From: Wallemia ichthyophaga EXF-994
Lineage: Eukaryota > Fungi > Basidiomycota
Length of the DNA: 248,000 bases
Assembly: GCF_000400465.1 (NCBI RefSeq)
Contig: NW_008806283.1
Span: 20,001-268,000 of the forward strand
Direction of reading: 5' to 3'
Shown here: positions 102,051 to 116,308 of the stretch, in pieces
Layout of the letters: the number at the start of each line of letters is the position of its first letter
Numbering within the stretch: position 1 is the first letter of the stretch
Translations under genes and position numbers: made by a program
The notes under the pieces: generated by a model
Seen by the model: only the letters and a program-made list of their open reading frames with translations
The model's database searches: none
What the model was told of the DNA's origin: nothing

Positions 102051-102677
102051 GATAAATTGACTTTTGCTAAGACATGAGTGGGACGCTCTGTCTGCTTTCA
102101 CAACCTATTTTATACTTTCTTGACCATATAACAACATCCGATTGCACTGGATAAACAGAACAATGAAATCTTGTTTCTTTATACACGTTCACTCATTATT
102201 GACGAATTTTATTGTGCAATTCTTGTCGACATATCGTATTCACAGTCTATCGAGCTGAGCGTTGTTTGGTTGATACAATTACTCATGGCATGTACACTTG
102301 ATTTATCATGTCATATTACACCCGTGAGTGTCTCAGACTTATCTAGCATTGGCAATATCATTCCCTAGACATCTTTGTCATGCGCTTCGAGCCACATCTT
102401 CTCCGACTTGTCCAGCAACCCAAAGTCGATGAGACGTTTGTCGATTTGAACCTGAGTCCAGCGGTTGTATTACAGCCAGCCTTCTTTTGCGGCCGCCCGA
102501 ACAGCGACGACAACCTCGATGCGCATGCCGAATCTCTTCGCATTCTCGTGTCCGCTGAATAAACCTACTCGACGCGCTAATACCAGACTAAAAGTGAGAC
102601 TAATAAAATTGAGTAGATATAAAAGTCAAAAACGCTCCTGATATAATACTACAATCAAACACACTTTGAATCTCACA

Positions 102678-103039
102678 ATGATTGCTCAAACTGTCTTCGC
102701 TGCTGCCCTCGTCGCCTCTGTCTCAGCTGGCTGGGAATCCAAGACCGGCTCATGTAACACTGGTAAACTCTCGTGTTGCGATTTGAACAAAAAGGTTCAA
102801 AAGTCAACCGGTGAAGAATCAGGCCTCCTCCACACTGGCGACGTTCTCGACCAAGTCGGTGTTCAATGTACTCAAGTCCCCCTCTTGATCGGAGTTGCTA
102901 TAGAGGGTAAGTAGATGCTCCTGTTTCACAGCACAATTAATAGCCCACAGATGAATGCAAAAACACTCCCACGTGCTGTGAAGACGTCAAGGAAGATGGT
103001 CTCGTTGGTGTCAACTGCACTCCAATCCCTCTCATTTAA
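102678..103039 (+). CDS. Class I hydrophobin
   Basis: Signal peptide; 8-Cys pattern CNTGKLSCC...QCT...|DECKNTPTCC...VNCTP; one intron. Confidence 0.9.
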
Positions 103040-103479
103040 TAGGTCGTTTACCTTAATTTGTTTAATTTACCATTAGATAGCAATCAATATGCGTTATTTA
103101 CTTCGATGTCTTGTTATTATTCACTTTAGTGCACCTACGAAAAGCACTACAAATGGTCGATTAATCTGATAATTATAATAGTGCATAGCCCATGGAATAA
103201 TGGCGTTTACGCCACCGAGCCTGCTTTAGCTGCTGTTGCGCAGTTTGTGTTATGCACGGCAAGTGATTTTGAGTTGAAAAATAGATTCGAAGTCCACGGT
103301 TATATTATTTTAATCTCTGAATCTACGAAGCCTCAACCATCTCTCCACAATCATTATCAATTTCCCCCAAATGCACCTGGTAAAGTCGAGCTTCCAGTTT
103401 CCAGAGTTGAGCTGAACCCCAATTTTACACTTCAAAGTGAGAGGAGAGTCAAAAATATCTTAGCTTTTCCTCGGTGCTA

Positions 103480-103740
103480 GGTTTGAGTCCTGTGGTCCGT
103501 AGACCTTGGAAAGCAGAACACGCGTCTAAAAAGGTGAATACTTGGATATTTGGGCATAAGCGATACCTGTCCGCTCTTTACGCTTATAGACAATGAATTT
103601 GCGCGCAATTTCCTGCGTTTGCTCGGTTTCGTGCTCCATAGTGATGCTGAATCCAACTTGTGCCTTGCCTTAATAGCAATAACAGAACCGAAAAGCTTTG
103701 AATTTTGCAACCTTCTTAAAGCTCGCCCAGAGCTATGATG
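103480..103740 (-). repeat. Partial copy of dispersed decayed-gene family
   Basis: CGCGTCTAAAAAGGTGAATACTTG and GTGCTCCATAGTGATGC blocks match the 98 kb copy. Confidence 0.5.
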
Positions 103741-104125
103741 GAATTCCTTTTATTTGAAGATTTCTTAAAGAGGAATCGCCTATGTTCATCTCAGCCCTTT
103801 GTTGGCCAGTTGAAGATCAAGTTGAGCTGATTTCATCCACTCAAGTCAAGCAGAAATCAATTCATTGAAAATGCTAAACTGAACAAACAACAAACCTATT
103901 TAGAGCACAAATAAATGTCTAATAGGTGATTATAAAAATATACATCTGTAAGTGGAACATAAACTAAATTGCAAGTATTTGCATTTAACGAGTGAGCAAT
104001 TATTATACTAAGAACAGAGTCAGCTATGATACGGCTGCGCATATACCATTACTTACCTAGGTATATACACGAATTAATAAAAACAAGTAACGAGAGTAAT
104101 AAGTCTGGGGTATTAACATACGCGA

Positions 104126-107100
104126 TTAGCGTGGTTGAGATGGCAATGGCGGTGGGGCAAAGTTTACTGGTGGCTGCCAGCTAAGCCAAGCTGGTGGTGG
104201 TGGTTGGGCTGGATCTTTTGGCTTGTCATCCTTTTTGTTGTTCTCTTTGGCAGGTGGTGCACGAGGATTGTAATCAACCTTTGGCGGAGGTGGTGCGCCG
104301 TTGCCCTGCTTTGACTTGATGGCGAATAATTCACTAATTTCGTGTTGAAGGCCTCTCTTTTGTTCTCTGAGATCGCCAATTTCCTTCACCAAGCCTCGTA
104401 CTTCTGGCAACAGTTGCTTCTTAAACTCATCAACAGCTGTATCGATATTTCCTTTCATAGCAGTAGCATTAGACTTTTCGACGCTGCCAACGGTACTTCT
104501 ATGTTGAGATGTGTTATGCAGAATAATATCAGATGCAACGACCTTTAGCAATTTGCTGTTTTCATCATTTTGATGCTCTATCATATCGCGAATGTCCTGT
104601 AAAGTTGGCTTTGAAGAGGCCTGCTTTAGTCTATCTGCTTCAGCGGTCGTAAATGACGTTAATTGCTTGAGCGAATCAGCAATTAACTTGTGGTGTTCAT
104701 TACGCATCTTGTTAACATCTCCCAGCTGAGATTCTAGTTTCGATCTCTCAGCTTCAGCATCCTTTACTTTCTGCTGTAACTCAGCCTTCTCCTTTTCTGC
104801 ATTTTTATTTCTCTCTTCAGAGAGTGCCCTTTCAACAGCAAGTATTTCATTCAGTTTCTGTGAAATTGTGAGTAAAAAGAACGGCTCCCTTTGGAAAATA
104901 CCTACGCTGTGAGCATCATCACGTTCCTTTGATGCAGTGTTTGCCTTATCCTCAAGAGCACCTCTTTCAGCATCGCTCATTCCAGTAGCTGGTGCTTCCT
105001 TGGCAGCCTCCTTTGAAGGCTCACCAGGGAATGCTTTACTGAGGATATCCAAGATAGAATCAATACCAGGATCGCGACGATGTTGACCATTGGTAGCATC
105101 ATTGAGCACATTTTCCACCTTCTGGGCGGCTTCTGGAAGATCAGTAGAGTTTGGATCCGCAGATCCTGCGCCTGGTGTTTGAGGTACATCACTGAGTGCT
105201 CTGGTGGTACCTGCTGGTGAAGGGCCTTTGGTACCTGGTTCAAAAGCAGCGGCTTCGTCAGGAGCTTGTGAAGCATCGCCAAATGTTGATGGATCGCCTC
105301 CAGTGGCGACATCTTGTACCTTGTCGACAGGATCCTCAGAGCCTGGCTCAGTACCAACATTGCCCATGCTCATGGTTTCACCATCTCCAGAACTGTCCTT
105401 TTTGCCCTTCTTGCCTTTACTACCCTTTCCACCTTTTCCGCCATTTCCACCGGAAACTGGAGCAGAGCCATCAGCAGCTGGAATGTCAGCAACTGGTGGA
105501 GCACTGTCATCGCCTGAAGCTTGAGGAGCGTCACTGAACGCATTGTCCTTGGCTGGTGAGCCTAATACTGGATGTACATGGTTATCACCTGGAGCTTGAG
105601 GTGCGTCACTGAGTGCTCTAGTAGTACTCGCTGGTAAGGGGCTTTTGCCGTTCGCGTCAGAGAAACCTGGTGGGATTTCATTCGCGGTGGCTTCTTGTTC
105701 GGCAGGAGCTTCAGCGTCTGGCTCAGTGCCAACTTTACCAATGCTGTTGACCTCATCGCCCTTTTTGCCCTTGCTACCCTTTCCACCTTTTCCACCAGCA
105801 ACTGGAGCAGCGCCATCACTCGCTGGCGTTTCAGAAACTGGTGGGATACTGTCACCACCTGAAGCTTGCGGAGCATCACTTAGCACGTTATCGTGTGCTG
105901 GCGAGCCTAACATAGGAGGGAAATTAGCGTCTTCTGGAGCTTGTGAAGCATCGCCAAGTGCTCTTGTGGAACCTGCTGGTGAAGGGTCTTTGACGTTTGC
106001 GTCAGGATATTCTGCGGTGATTTTGTCTTGTGCTTGGTCAGAAGGAACTGCAGCGTCTGGTTCACTTCCAATATTGCCCATACTCCTGACTTCGCCATCT
106101 CCGGCACTGTCCTTCTTGCCCTTCTTTCCTTTTCCTTTCTTTCCACCTTTACCACCGGCTATTGGAGCAGCGCCATCAGCACCTGGCGTTTCTGCAGCTG
106201 GAGGAACACTTCCATCGCCTGGAGCTTGTGAGACATCACCGAGCACGTTGTCATGGGCTGGCGAACCAAACATGGGAGGGAAACTGTCATTCGCCGAGTC
106301 TTGTGGGGCGACGCCAAGTGCACCGGCAGTATCTCCTGGTGAAGGACCTTTACTTCCTGGTTCAGCAAACTTAACATTTCCAGGTTCTTGTGGAGCATCG
106401 CCAAGCGCTCTAGTAGAGCCTGCAGGTGAGGGTCCCTTACCATTTGAGTTGGAGTCACCTACTAGATTCCCACCAGCAGCGGCTTCTTGTTCAGCAGGAG
106501 GCGCAGGGGGTGCAACGTCTGGCTCACTCCCAACATTGCCCATGCTCCTAGCTTCTCCACCTCCACTACTGTCCTTCTTGCCTTTCTTGCCCTTACTACC
106601 CTTTCCACCTTTTCCACCGGCAAATGGAGCAATTCCATCAGCGTTGCTCCTGGCTGGGGAGCCGAAGACTGGAGATACGCCAGGCTGAAGACTGAGAGGT
106701 ACATCATGTTGTTGATCACCACCCGGAGTAGGCAGACGCGTGATTTCTGCGATTCTTGTTAATCATTGCTACGCTAACAAGCTTTACGTACCATTTCCAG
106801 CAGCATTTTGTGGTTGAGCATCTGAGTTTTGTGGCGCATCACCGAGGGTTCCTGCCTCACCAGCATGATTTCCCGTGGGAGATTGAGAGCTATTAGGCTG
106901 AGAAGCATCACCGACGAATGGCGGATCAGCTGGTGTTTCAGCTTGAGGAGCGATACCTCTATCAGACTGTGGAGGAGCTTCACTAGCTGCTTTCCCAGGT
107001 TGAGGAACATCACTGCCGACCGAAGCATCGTTTGCGGCAGTGCTTGGAGGAACAGTGCTTGGAGGGGCGGCACTACCAGGAGCATTACTAGAACCCTTAC

Positions 107101-110100
107101 CAGACTGAGGAGCATTGCTGCCACCTTTTACAGATCTGCTGCCACCCTTGCTAGATCCAGGCGCCTTACCGGCAGGTTTCCCGGGCGGTGGAGCATTGCT
107201 GCCGAGTTCAGTTGGCGCAGAAGAAAACCCTACTTTTCTGTCCTGGGGAATACCAGATTCAGGACCATCTTCGAGCTCTACACCCTGGCCGACAGGGGAT
107301 GGGACGTGGCTTGGAGCCCCATGGTTAGGCCCGACATTGCTAGCTGAGTGAGAAGGAGCAATACCATCCGGAGCCTGGCTGCCAGGGTCAGCTGGCCCGG
107401 AGCCAAGGTTTCTATCTGAGGGAGGAGCACCACCGAGTTCACCATCCTGGCGGTAAGGTGATCCAGCGTAACTTGGAGCGGCATGACTTGGAGCATGACT
107501 TGGAGGAACGTTGCTATCCGCATGAGTTGGTGCTTGCTCCTGTGGTGGATATTCATTTGTATCAGCACCTAAGGTAGCTTCACCTGGAGGCGGTGATCCG
107601 GCTTGAGTGCCAGCGTGACTACCAACGCCGTGACTTGCCGGTGGCTTCTGAGGCGAACCTCTACCTTTGCCTTTTCCTAGAAGCTTGTTGAGTCCTGGAA
107701 TCTCCTCTGAGAATGGCTTATTAGATCTAAGAGCTGCGAATGGTGGTCCCTTCTCTCCTGAATTTTCTTTACCTTCAGGCCTGCCTCCAGTGGATCTGAC
107801 AGCTCCGTCATCAGGAAGCACTGCACCTACTTCGCCTTCAGGTTTGCCTCCCATGGATCTGGCATCACCTTCATCAGGAAGCACTGCACCTTCTCCTTCC
107901 GGATTCATGCCTTGGGGTTTCCCATCTACAGATCTAGGACCACCCTCATCAGGAAGTGACGCACCTTGATCGTGTTGACCGTGTTCAGATGGCAATTGCG
108001 ATCCAGTCGCCTCATTCTTATGCAATCCTCGCATCGTATCGGCAGGGGGGGTAAATGAGGAACAATATCAGCAAGATCTGGATCTTCCTCACCAGCGTTA
108101 GAAGGGTCTCCCATTCCACGAGAGCCGCCTGATGGATCGGCCATACCACGAGATTCGCCCGATGGGTCAGGCATACCACGAGAACCGCCTGACGGATCAC
108201 CCATTGAGTGAGGCTCTTGGCCATTAGTAGGTGTAATACCACGAGATGCTCCGGAAGGACCGGGCATAGTATGAGGGTCGGCCGCGGTCGACGGCGCCAA
108301 TCCGCGACTGTCACCAGGTGGAATACCCCTCGAGCTATTAACTGAATCGCGAACATCGCGCAGTACTACCTCCATCTCCTTGATTTGGCGCTGAACAGGA
108401 CCCCACTCGTTGATCTTGGCTGACACCTCTCTCTCGAGCCAATTGTTGAGTGCCCTGTGGCGTTGTCAGACAAGAGGTAATGAGATAATCGACAATTGGA
108501 CTTACCCCAGATATCTATCTGCATCCATCTGGTGTCTCAGAATCTCTTCCGTATTCCATCCAGCTCTTCTTGTATTGTACAGCGTTTCGTTGACTGAATG
108601 TGAATAATTAGATAAAGGCTGCATTCCAGAATAATCACTCACAGCCTGGATGGAAATCAGAGCCGAATCGGAGAGGTATACCCATCCCTCCAGGTGGGAC
108701 ACCCGGCGGAGGCATTTGCATAGGTCTTGCAAATGAACCGCCTCTCATGCCATCCATCATAGGAGAAGGCCTGAACGTGGGATTAGGTCTGAACGTGGGG
108801 TTGTTTCTCATTGGGGCTGATCCATTCATTGGCATAGGACCAGCACCATGCATTGGGCCTGCGCCCATACCAGCAGGTCTCATCAGTGGTGGACGATATG
108901 GTGCACCACCCATCTGCGGAGGAAGCATTGGAGGATGGAATCCCCTCAAATTGTTCGCAGCTGGTCTGACGAATCCGTTAAAGTTAGGTGGCGGTCTAAA
109001 CCCGCCTCTGACATTGTATGGCATAGGCATGGCCATATGAGGTCCTCTCATCATTGGCGGTCGGCCTGGCATTGGCATAGCCATTCCATTGGGTCTGATA
109101 GGCGGAGGTCTGTTGAGACGTTCGAGAGGAGGTTTGAAATCGTGAGTATTGCTTTCCTTCTCAGTCCGTGGATATCCGCCTTCATTAACTTGTATTCTTG
109201 GTGTTGGCTGACGCTCTGGAACTGGATCTGGCACTGGTTTCTGCAATGTCTCTCGTGGTAGCTCTTCAAGGTATCCCTGTTCGAGCGGTGGGCCAGGTTC
109301 TGGATCGTAGACATCGGGGTACATGACATCGTCGTACTCCTCATCCGCCGTTTCAGTAGAAACACTTGAGAGCGACTTGGCAGGTGGTGACTCAGACCTC
109401 GCCCACCGTCTGCGCGAAGTGAAGTCCCTCTCGGCTCTTGACAAGTGAGGAACCTCAGGCTCCGAATATTCGTGAGATGCGTATATAGGCGGAGTTGGGA
109501 GGGGTCCCATTAGATCCCTCATGGATATTGAGTCATGCGGGTACATGTCATCCACGCTAGGCTGAACCTGCTCGACAGCCGGTTTTTGCGTTACTGTCGA
109601 GCTAGATGCTCCATCATCCAGCTCCGCATCTAAATCAGCACTTAGTTCCTCTCCATCGTCGTCAAACGGATGTTCTGACATCATGTCTGGCCAGCTGGAT
109701 ATACTTGAAGCACCACCCTTAGTGAAGTGTCCTTTAAAAGGAGTAAGTAAGGCTGACTTAGGAGAGATTTTTACCCACTGATTAAATTTCTGACAAGATT
109801 CTCCAATCTTAACATATGAGCGTTGTTTCGCTCCTCGTTGGCATCTCTGATACGCTTATCACTCCCAGTAGAATCGAGAGCATCGCGGCAGACATCAATG
109901 AGTCCATTTACCTTATTCTCCAAATCGTGAATAGGCTTGTCATCATGTACTGGCGGTGGAGGGATGTATGACATACTTGACTTCTTCCTCACATCGCGAA
110001 GAAGATCACCGGACCTGTTATCAAAGCTTTCGGGTTTAGGCTCAGACGGGAGATCAGGCACTGATTGATTATCCGTAAGCTTGCCCTCGGTTGTGACAGA

Positions 110101-113100
110101 AATGTCACCACTGCCCCTTCTCCTAAACGGAAGTACTCTGATTGCGTCAGCTAAGCCACCGAGCTCCTTTTGGATAGCATTAAGGATATCGTCAGTATTG
110201 TTAGTCCTACCCGATTCTCTGGCTAGCAACGCATTGAATAGCTTCTGGAGCTCAGACGTGAGGAAATTTTTATCCAACTCTCCGTGAACCATATCTTGAG
110301 TGATAGTTTTCGCATCACTGCTTCTATCTAATGGGATTGAGGTACCCTCGGATGATTCTGAAATAATCGTCGGCGCCAAAAACTTCGAATCGATCGTTGA
110401 GGAGCGCGACACAGTTGATACAGTCGTTGGAGCTTTCCTGCTAACCAAAGACGACACTCTTGACGGAGGCCACACCGATTCAGGTGAAGCTGTGCGCGAT
110501 GGAGCTAACAAATCCATGTCAAAGTCGTCTTCCTCGTCCTCAAACTCTCCACTCTCACTAGCAGCGTCAACACCAGCGCTCTGCTCGGGTGGAGGTACAT
110601 CTGAGCGTGCCTTGAACGAGCTCTTCTGAGACCTGCTTCTGGAGGGCTTCGTTGATGATTTCTTGGAAGACGACACGGATGGAGTTTTTCTTTCAGTTGT
110701 GTTGGGTTCAGTGGTGTTGGTTGGGATATGAGCTGATGCTGATGGGGAGCTGCTCGTGTGAGGCGAAGGTTGAGTTGTCGGTGGTGCTTGTGTAGCTGTA
110801 CTCGTCACGACAGGGGTGTTGGAACTAGGTGAGTTAGTTTGAGCAGTGTGGTACTCTGTCGACATAGTTTTTTCTTTGCTCTGAATTTTTGAGGAACGGT
110901 TAGATGAAGCGTTGCTGACCACCTTTTTCATTCCACTTCGTCTGCTCAAAGGCAGACTCCTCTCAGTTGGAGTGCTGTTTTGCTCAGGTGTGCCACTCTT
111001 GCTCTTGCTGATCAATTCGGTCAAAGCATCTTTCAATTCCTGATCCTCAGAACTGTCACCTAGCGCATCAACTAACTGAGCTAGAGACTTATGCGATGTG
111101 GACAGTCTCTCAGCTCTCTTCACCGTCGAAGGATTGGATGACTTTCTCGACAACGACCTTAGCAGCTCATTGGTGCTTGCGCCATTTTCTGCAGTTTCTC
111201 TTGTATCAATTTGGGATGGTTGCTGGGATTGAGAGGGGTAGGAAGAAGGGAGGGAGCGCATTAAGTCAGTGGTGTTTTGAGCGTGGGTGTCTTGAGGGTC
111301 TTGAGTGTGATAAGTATCATGCGTACTCTGTGCACCCATTTCAGGAGTATTTTGAATAGATATTGCAGAATGAGTGCGAGAATGGGATCTAGATTTCCCT
111401 GAATGGTTTGACTTGGGTGTTGTTGCAGTTTCGGGTTGCTGAGGAGAGGGTGTATCCTGATTCTCTCGCTCAATCTCAGTCTCCACAAGCTCTTTCTCCT
111501 TCTCCTTTTCTAACTCCTCCACCTTCTCCACCTTTTGAGGCACACTATTTGCCGACTTTGTCTTTGAATCTAATCCTGATCCTGAACCTAATCCTGAAGC
111601 TGAAGCTGATTGAGTCTCGACATCCTCCTCATCGGCATCTTCAGCCAGCTGACCGAGCTTGGGCGACCTGAGCATTCTCTCTGTGCTAGCGCCAATGCTC
111701 TTAGCGTCGCTCTTCTTCGATGCGGACAGGATAGTTGAAGTTGAGCTAGACGACGATCCACCACTACCGCCTCCGCTCCCACTCGCGCTGTCATCAGATG
111801 ACCTTCCCGACATTTTCCTGCGCCCGCCTCTTCTGTGTGCCCTAACGGACACAGACGGAGGGAAAATGATATCGTCAGCCTCGCTGTCATTTGCACTTCC
111901 GTCTCGAGTGTCTCGCGTGTCTCGCGAGTCCCACGTATCTGAAAGGATGCCCAATCCGCGCACAGTGTCTGAGGTGGACGTACCGGCGACCAACCCAATA
112001 GACGAATCATCAAGACTCTCCCTCTTCTTTTTCGACGTCGACGACCTGCCTCTACTTCTGCTCTTCTGGATGCTGCTGTTCGACTGCTGTTCTGAGTCGC
112101 TAGCTGTAGGTTCAGGAGCGCCAAAATCCTCAGACCTGACGTTAAAAGCGGACACCGAGCCAGCGTTGGAATTGGATGGTGATACCGGTCTCCTGACTAT
112201 AGGTGTGCCAGTGAGGGTGGTTTGACCGGGCAAGAGGGGCGAGTTTCTCGATGTGGCAGATGTGGCGGACGAAGCAGATGTCGAGGCAATCGAAGGCGCT
112301 CTAACAAGCATCCTGGTCTGGGGAGTCTGTATGGGTCTGATGACATCCCAGAATGCACCGACCCATTGTACACGCTCACGGGCGCTATCTGTAGCCAACC
112401 TCTCCCAGCCATCTTGATAGACGAGAACGAAGGGATTAAGGACACCCTCTAAACCACCCTGCTCGCGTGCGGCCACTAAACCGAGATCCAACTTGTGCGA
112501 TGCGGGGTTAGAAGGACTTGCGACGGAGCGGACTTCTGAGCAATGGTTGAGGTCAAGGGTGACAATCTGACGCTGTAGTCTAAAGCTGGACAAGTCAGGT
112601 GATGGTAGGAATGAAAGTTTGAGGGTCGTTGGTAGAAGCGCGGCTCTAGCACGTACCCATCGATAGGGAGTGCCGTCGTGTACGTGAAGATACCAGAGAG
112701 TGCCAGCACGAGCAATCTAGAGAGGAGATTTAGAATGTCTCAGGTAAAATTAAAATGAAAGAGAAAAAGCAAAACTTACCTGTTCAGTGATATCATCGAA
112801 GCTGGACAAGTCTATTGGAGAAGTGGGGCGCTGGGAGGTCATAGGAGTTTTATGTGAGGAAAGAGGGGTGGAGAAATCCGTTGGGGTCGACGAGCTGATC
112901 AAAGTTTCCCAGCCGTCGGTGAGACTTTCGTGGTGGGTGGGTGAGGGTAAAGATGGTAGAGAAGGCTGAATCTGAGTCTGTTTGCGTGGACGTGGTTTAT
113001 TATCGTCCTTGTTTCTGTTGAGGTTGATGGGGCGCTTTGTTTGAATGACTTTGCTGATTGGAGGAGAGGTGCTATGCTCAGGTCTCTGCTGAGGTCTCTG

Positions 113101-113685
113101 CTCAGATTTCTGCTCAGATTTCTGCTCAGATTTCTGCTCAGGCTTCTGCTCCTCCTTCTCCTTGCCGCTTTCGAAAAAGGCAATGAGGTTACCAGCCCTG
113201 CTGCTAATTTCAGAGTTGGCAGAGTTGGAAGCAGAATTGCTCCTTGAGTGGGAAGACTGCTGATCGAAAGTGATGAAGGGGGAATCACTGAACGCTGGTG
113301 TATCGAGCCGTGCCGAGTACTGCGAGGGGATCGACGGGATAGAGCTAGGCTGACCAGATGAGCGAACAGAAGCACTTCTAGAGGCGCTCGATATGGTTGG
113401 GATGTGCTGCGAGCTCGATGGTGGCTGTGAATTGCCGTCTCTACTCGATGGCGATGGAGAACTGAGCGTTTCAGCGTCGTCGATTGATTTGATATCGGGG
113501 GTAAAGCGGGGTAGATCGTCATTAGCGGATGAAGCTCTGCTCCTGTTACTCCCAGCCCCAGTACGGCTATGGCTGTGGCTATGGCTGTGACTGTTGCTCT
113601 GACTCGACGTTGTCGCCGGCTCAGACTCCTCGCCAATCACAGACAAGACGTGGGGAACGTACGGCTGTGATGACTGGCTCGACAT
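104126..113685 (-). CDS. Very large multi-exon protein: PH domain, S/P-rich and G/K-rich tandem repeats, C-terminal coiled coil
   Basis: Same-strand ORFs 112750, 109771, 108635, 107926, 106784, 104126; PH-like VLNPFVLVY...ERVQWV. Joining into one gene is inferred. Confidence 0.6.
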
Positions 113686-114348
113686 TAGCTCTCTTTATGC
113701 CCGCGTCAGCTGTTATCGACATATAAAAACTCCACTCACAGCTGCTCAAGCACTGCAGCCTCCTCTGGCCGTAGATCTTCATCTTGATCTACTGACATTG
113801 TCTTTCTTTTTTGTTTCTTTTTTTTCCTCGTGGTTGTCGTTATGCAACCGTAAATGCCGTGATGATCAGGCATCTTTTTAAATATCTAAATTCGTAATTA
113901 AATCAATTGACACTATATTCACGCGTTTCTACATCTAGATCCCCTTTTGGCCCCTCCTCATCACGCGTTTTCCCTTCCGCCCCTGTTCACTCACCTTCTA
114001 CTCCACTTTAGGTTCAAAAATTTTCGGAAAAGTTTTGTGTGGGGTGCGGAATATATTTGTGTGGAACATGTTTCAAAGGTGTGCTGTGCAAGACATGCTT
114101 ATTTTTCGCGTTTAAATACCTTTAAATCAACTTTAAGTGCGTTTGTGACGTGACTTTATGCACGGTAATGCACGGTGGCGTGAGTTAATGTGATACCATG
114201 TGATTTAAAAGCCTATAGAGTGTATATCATCTGCAATATGTCAAACTTGTACACACGAATATTTTACTTAAGATTATTTTGTTGAGTTGCTGATCAAACA
114301 ACGGTACATTTCTATAACCTAAGAAGGGAAGTGTAATAGTTAGCAGCG

Positions 114349-116289
114349 TCACAACCACACACACTCCACAAACCCACCTAATTGCATCTGTGCGAGTGTA
114401 ATGGCGTAGCTAGCCACAGCCTCCTCATGCTGACTGCTAAGCACATCAAACTTGACGACGACAAGGTCTATCATGTTCCCTCTAACATTAACGTCGAAAC
114501 TGAGTGTTTCATTCCATGTAGGGTTTCCTTCCACCTGCCCATGCGATTGCAAATTTGCCGTGCTGGTGAAGCGTTTAAGACAAGTGTCATTATTGAAGGA
114601 ACGCGGTGTGTGCACCTCTACCGCCACTTTATTCACATTCTTCGACACTTGCTGCGCGCATATCACCTTAATGGAAAGACGCACCAGCCCCTTCAATTCC
114701 ACCATCCTCTTCTCCTCCTTGTTGCGCAAAGGTGATGGTTTCAACACATACCCGCCTGTATCATTGAACAAGGCGAAATTCAACCACATGGCCAAGTCCA
114801 CCGTCTGGTAATTGAGCGCTAACAGTTGCGATCCTACCGCCCAATAATCTAATACATCAAAATTAGTACTCTTCACTCTTGCTCCGTGTGGGTATATCCT
114901 TGTGAGATGATTGCGGTTGTGCTTCATAAACTCCCCACTACTCGCGTTTATCAGCTTCCGCGCTGATCTGTCAGACAAACTGAACATATGCTCTATTTCG
115001 TAATGCTCTTTCTTGTTGAAGCCTCGAAACTTTACACCCACTGTGTAGATTAGCAGATCGAGTAATTTCTGTGACATTTTAGTGTTATTTGTGTTAACTG
115101 CGTTATCCGTGTTATTCGTGCTCGTCGTCGAGTTGAGATTCCCAAATGAGTCGACAAGTGTGGGCGAGGTGGATGCAGTTGAAGATCTGTCAGATGAAGA
115201 TGCAGTGCTTCTTCGTCGTGTGACTTTCTGTATAAAGTTGCTCAACTTGCTCTTTTCAATGTCAGAGCTTGATGAGTGGGAGTGAGAGTGGGAGTAATCG
115301 GATGAGTTTGAGTTAAGTGCAACGTCAAAGCCATCCACCTTACTTGCCGCACTACTCCCACTTGCACTGGTTATGTGCAGGTTTTTAGTCTTGAATAGAA
115401 TCTTGTAGCGTAGTTGGTGTGGAGACGGTAGAATGTCTCTATCGTGTTGTAGCCTCTGAGTGATTAGCAAGTCACCGAGAATATCCACAAACAACCCAGC
115501 CATTCTATCTTGCTGTGCTAGATCACAGTGGTTCTCCACAGATAAAATCAAAGGCAGATTAGAAGAAATAAAGGCGAAAGTGTTGATTGTGGTGAGTATG
115601 TCGATTAGGGGGATGGGTTGGGTGAGAGTATGGCCGTGGTAGACAATAGGCCAACCATCGTCACCATTCCAAACGTCAATTTCTACACTTCTACAGCCCA
115701 GTAAGAGTGAGCGTATGTAGCCGATAGTGGTGGAAGAGCCAGCAAGTTGATTACCAAAGAGGTATGTGTTATGGGAAGCGCTAATGTAATAATTATAGAG
115801 TGGTTCATTTTCTGTGGTATTTTGTGGTTTTTGCAATGAATTCTCATTGGATTGAAGGTATCGATTGAATTGGAGTGTATTGAGTTGTGAAGGGGTGGAA
115901 TTGCATACGAAATCTTGCTGAGTGTGTTTTACAAACTCCTTGAAGTCATTTGGAGTGGATATTGGCAGGTAAGATGTATTATGAGTGCTGGTGCTGCTGC
116001 TAGAGTGTTTATCACCGGTAAACTCGCTGTGAAGGAGAATGAGATGCTTTATAAATGATTGATTCCCCCCTTGTAAATCAAACAAATCTAACTTTTTAAA
116101 TTTATTTGTCTTTGAGCTATTAAAGTAGATTGATAGGTGTGATCCATTTGAGTCGATGTAGACAATATCACTGAGTGGAATCAAACCCTCTTTCTTTGAA
116201 TTATATAGCAATCTCCGATCAGACAGTACAAATTCCTTTAATTTCACTTTTTTATTCGTTATTTTCATTAATTTCGCTTTGGAATCCAT
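114349..116289 (-). CDS. PLC1: Phosphoinositide phospholipase C (PH, X/Y boxes, C2)
   Basis: YYISASHNTYL, GCRSVEIDVW, TRIYPHGARVKSTN. Confidence 0.9.
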   Translation of the reverse strand: MDSKAKLMKITNKKVKLKEFVLSDRRLLYNSKKEGLIPLSDIVYIDSNGSHLSIYFNSSKTNKFKKLDLFDLQGGNQSFIKHLILLHSEFTGDKHSSSSTSTHNTSYLPISTPNDFKEFVKHTQQDFVCNSTPSQLNTLQFNRYLQSNENSLQKPQNTTENEPLYNYYISASHNTYLFGNQLAGSSTTIGYIRSLLLGCRSVEIDVWNGDDGWPIVYHGHTLTQPIPLIDILTTINTFAFISSNLPLILSVENHCDLAQQDRMAGLFVDILGDLLITQRLQHDRDILPSPHQLRYKILFKTKNLHITSASGSSAASKVDGFDVALNSNSSDYSHSHSHSSSSDIEKSKLSNFIQKVTRRRSTASSSDRSSTASTSPTLVDSFGNLNSTTSTNNTDNAVNTNNTKMSQKLLDLLIYTVGVKFRGFNKKEHYEIEHMFSLSDRSARKLINASSGEFMKHNRNHLTRIYPHGARVKSTNFDVLDYWAVGSQLLALNYQTVDLAMWLNFALFNDTGGYVLKPSPLRNKEEKRMVELKGLVRLSIKVICAQQVSKNVNKVAVEVHTPRSFNNDTCLKRFTSTANLQSHGQVEGNPTWNETLSFDVNVRGNMIDLVVVKFDVLSSQHEEAVASYAITLAQMQLGGFVECVWL

Positions 116290-116308
116290 AGCTCTGGTGG
116301 CTTGGGAA

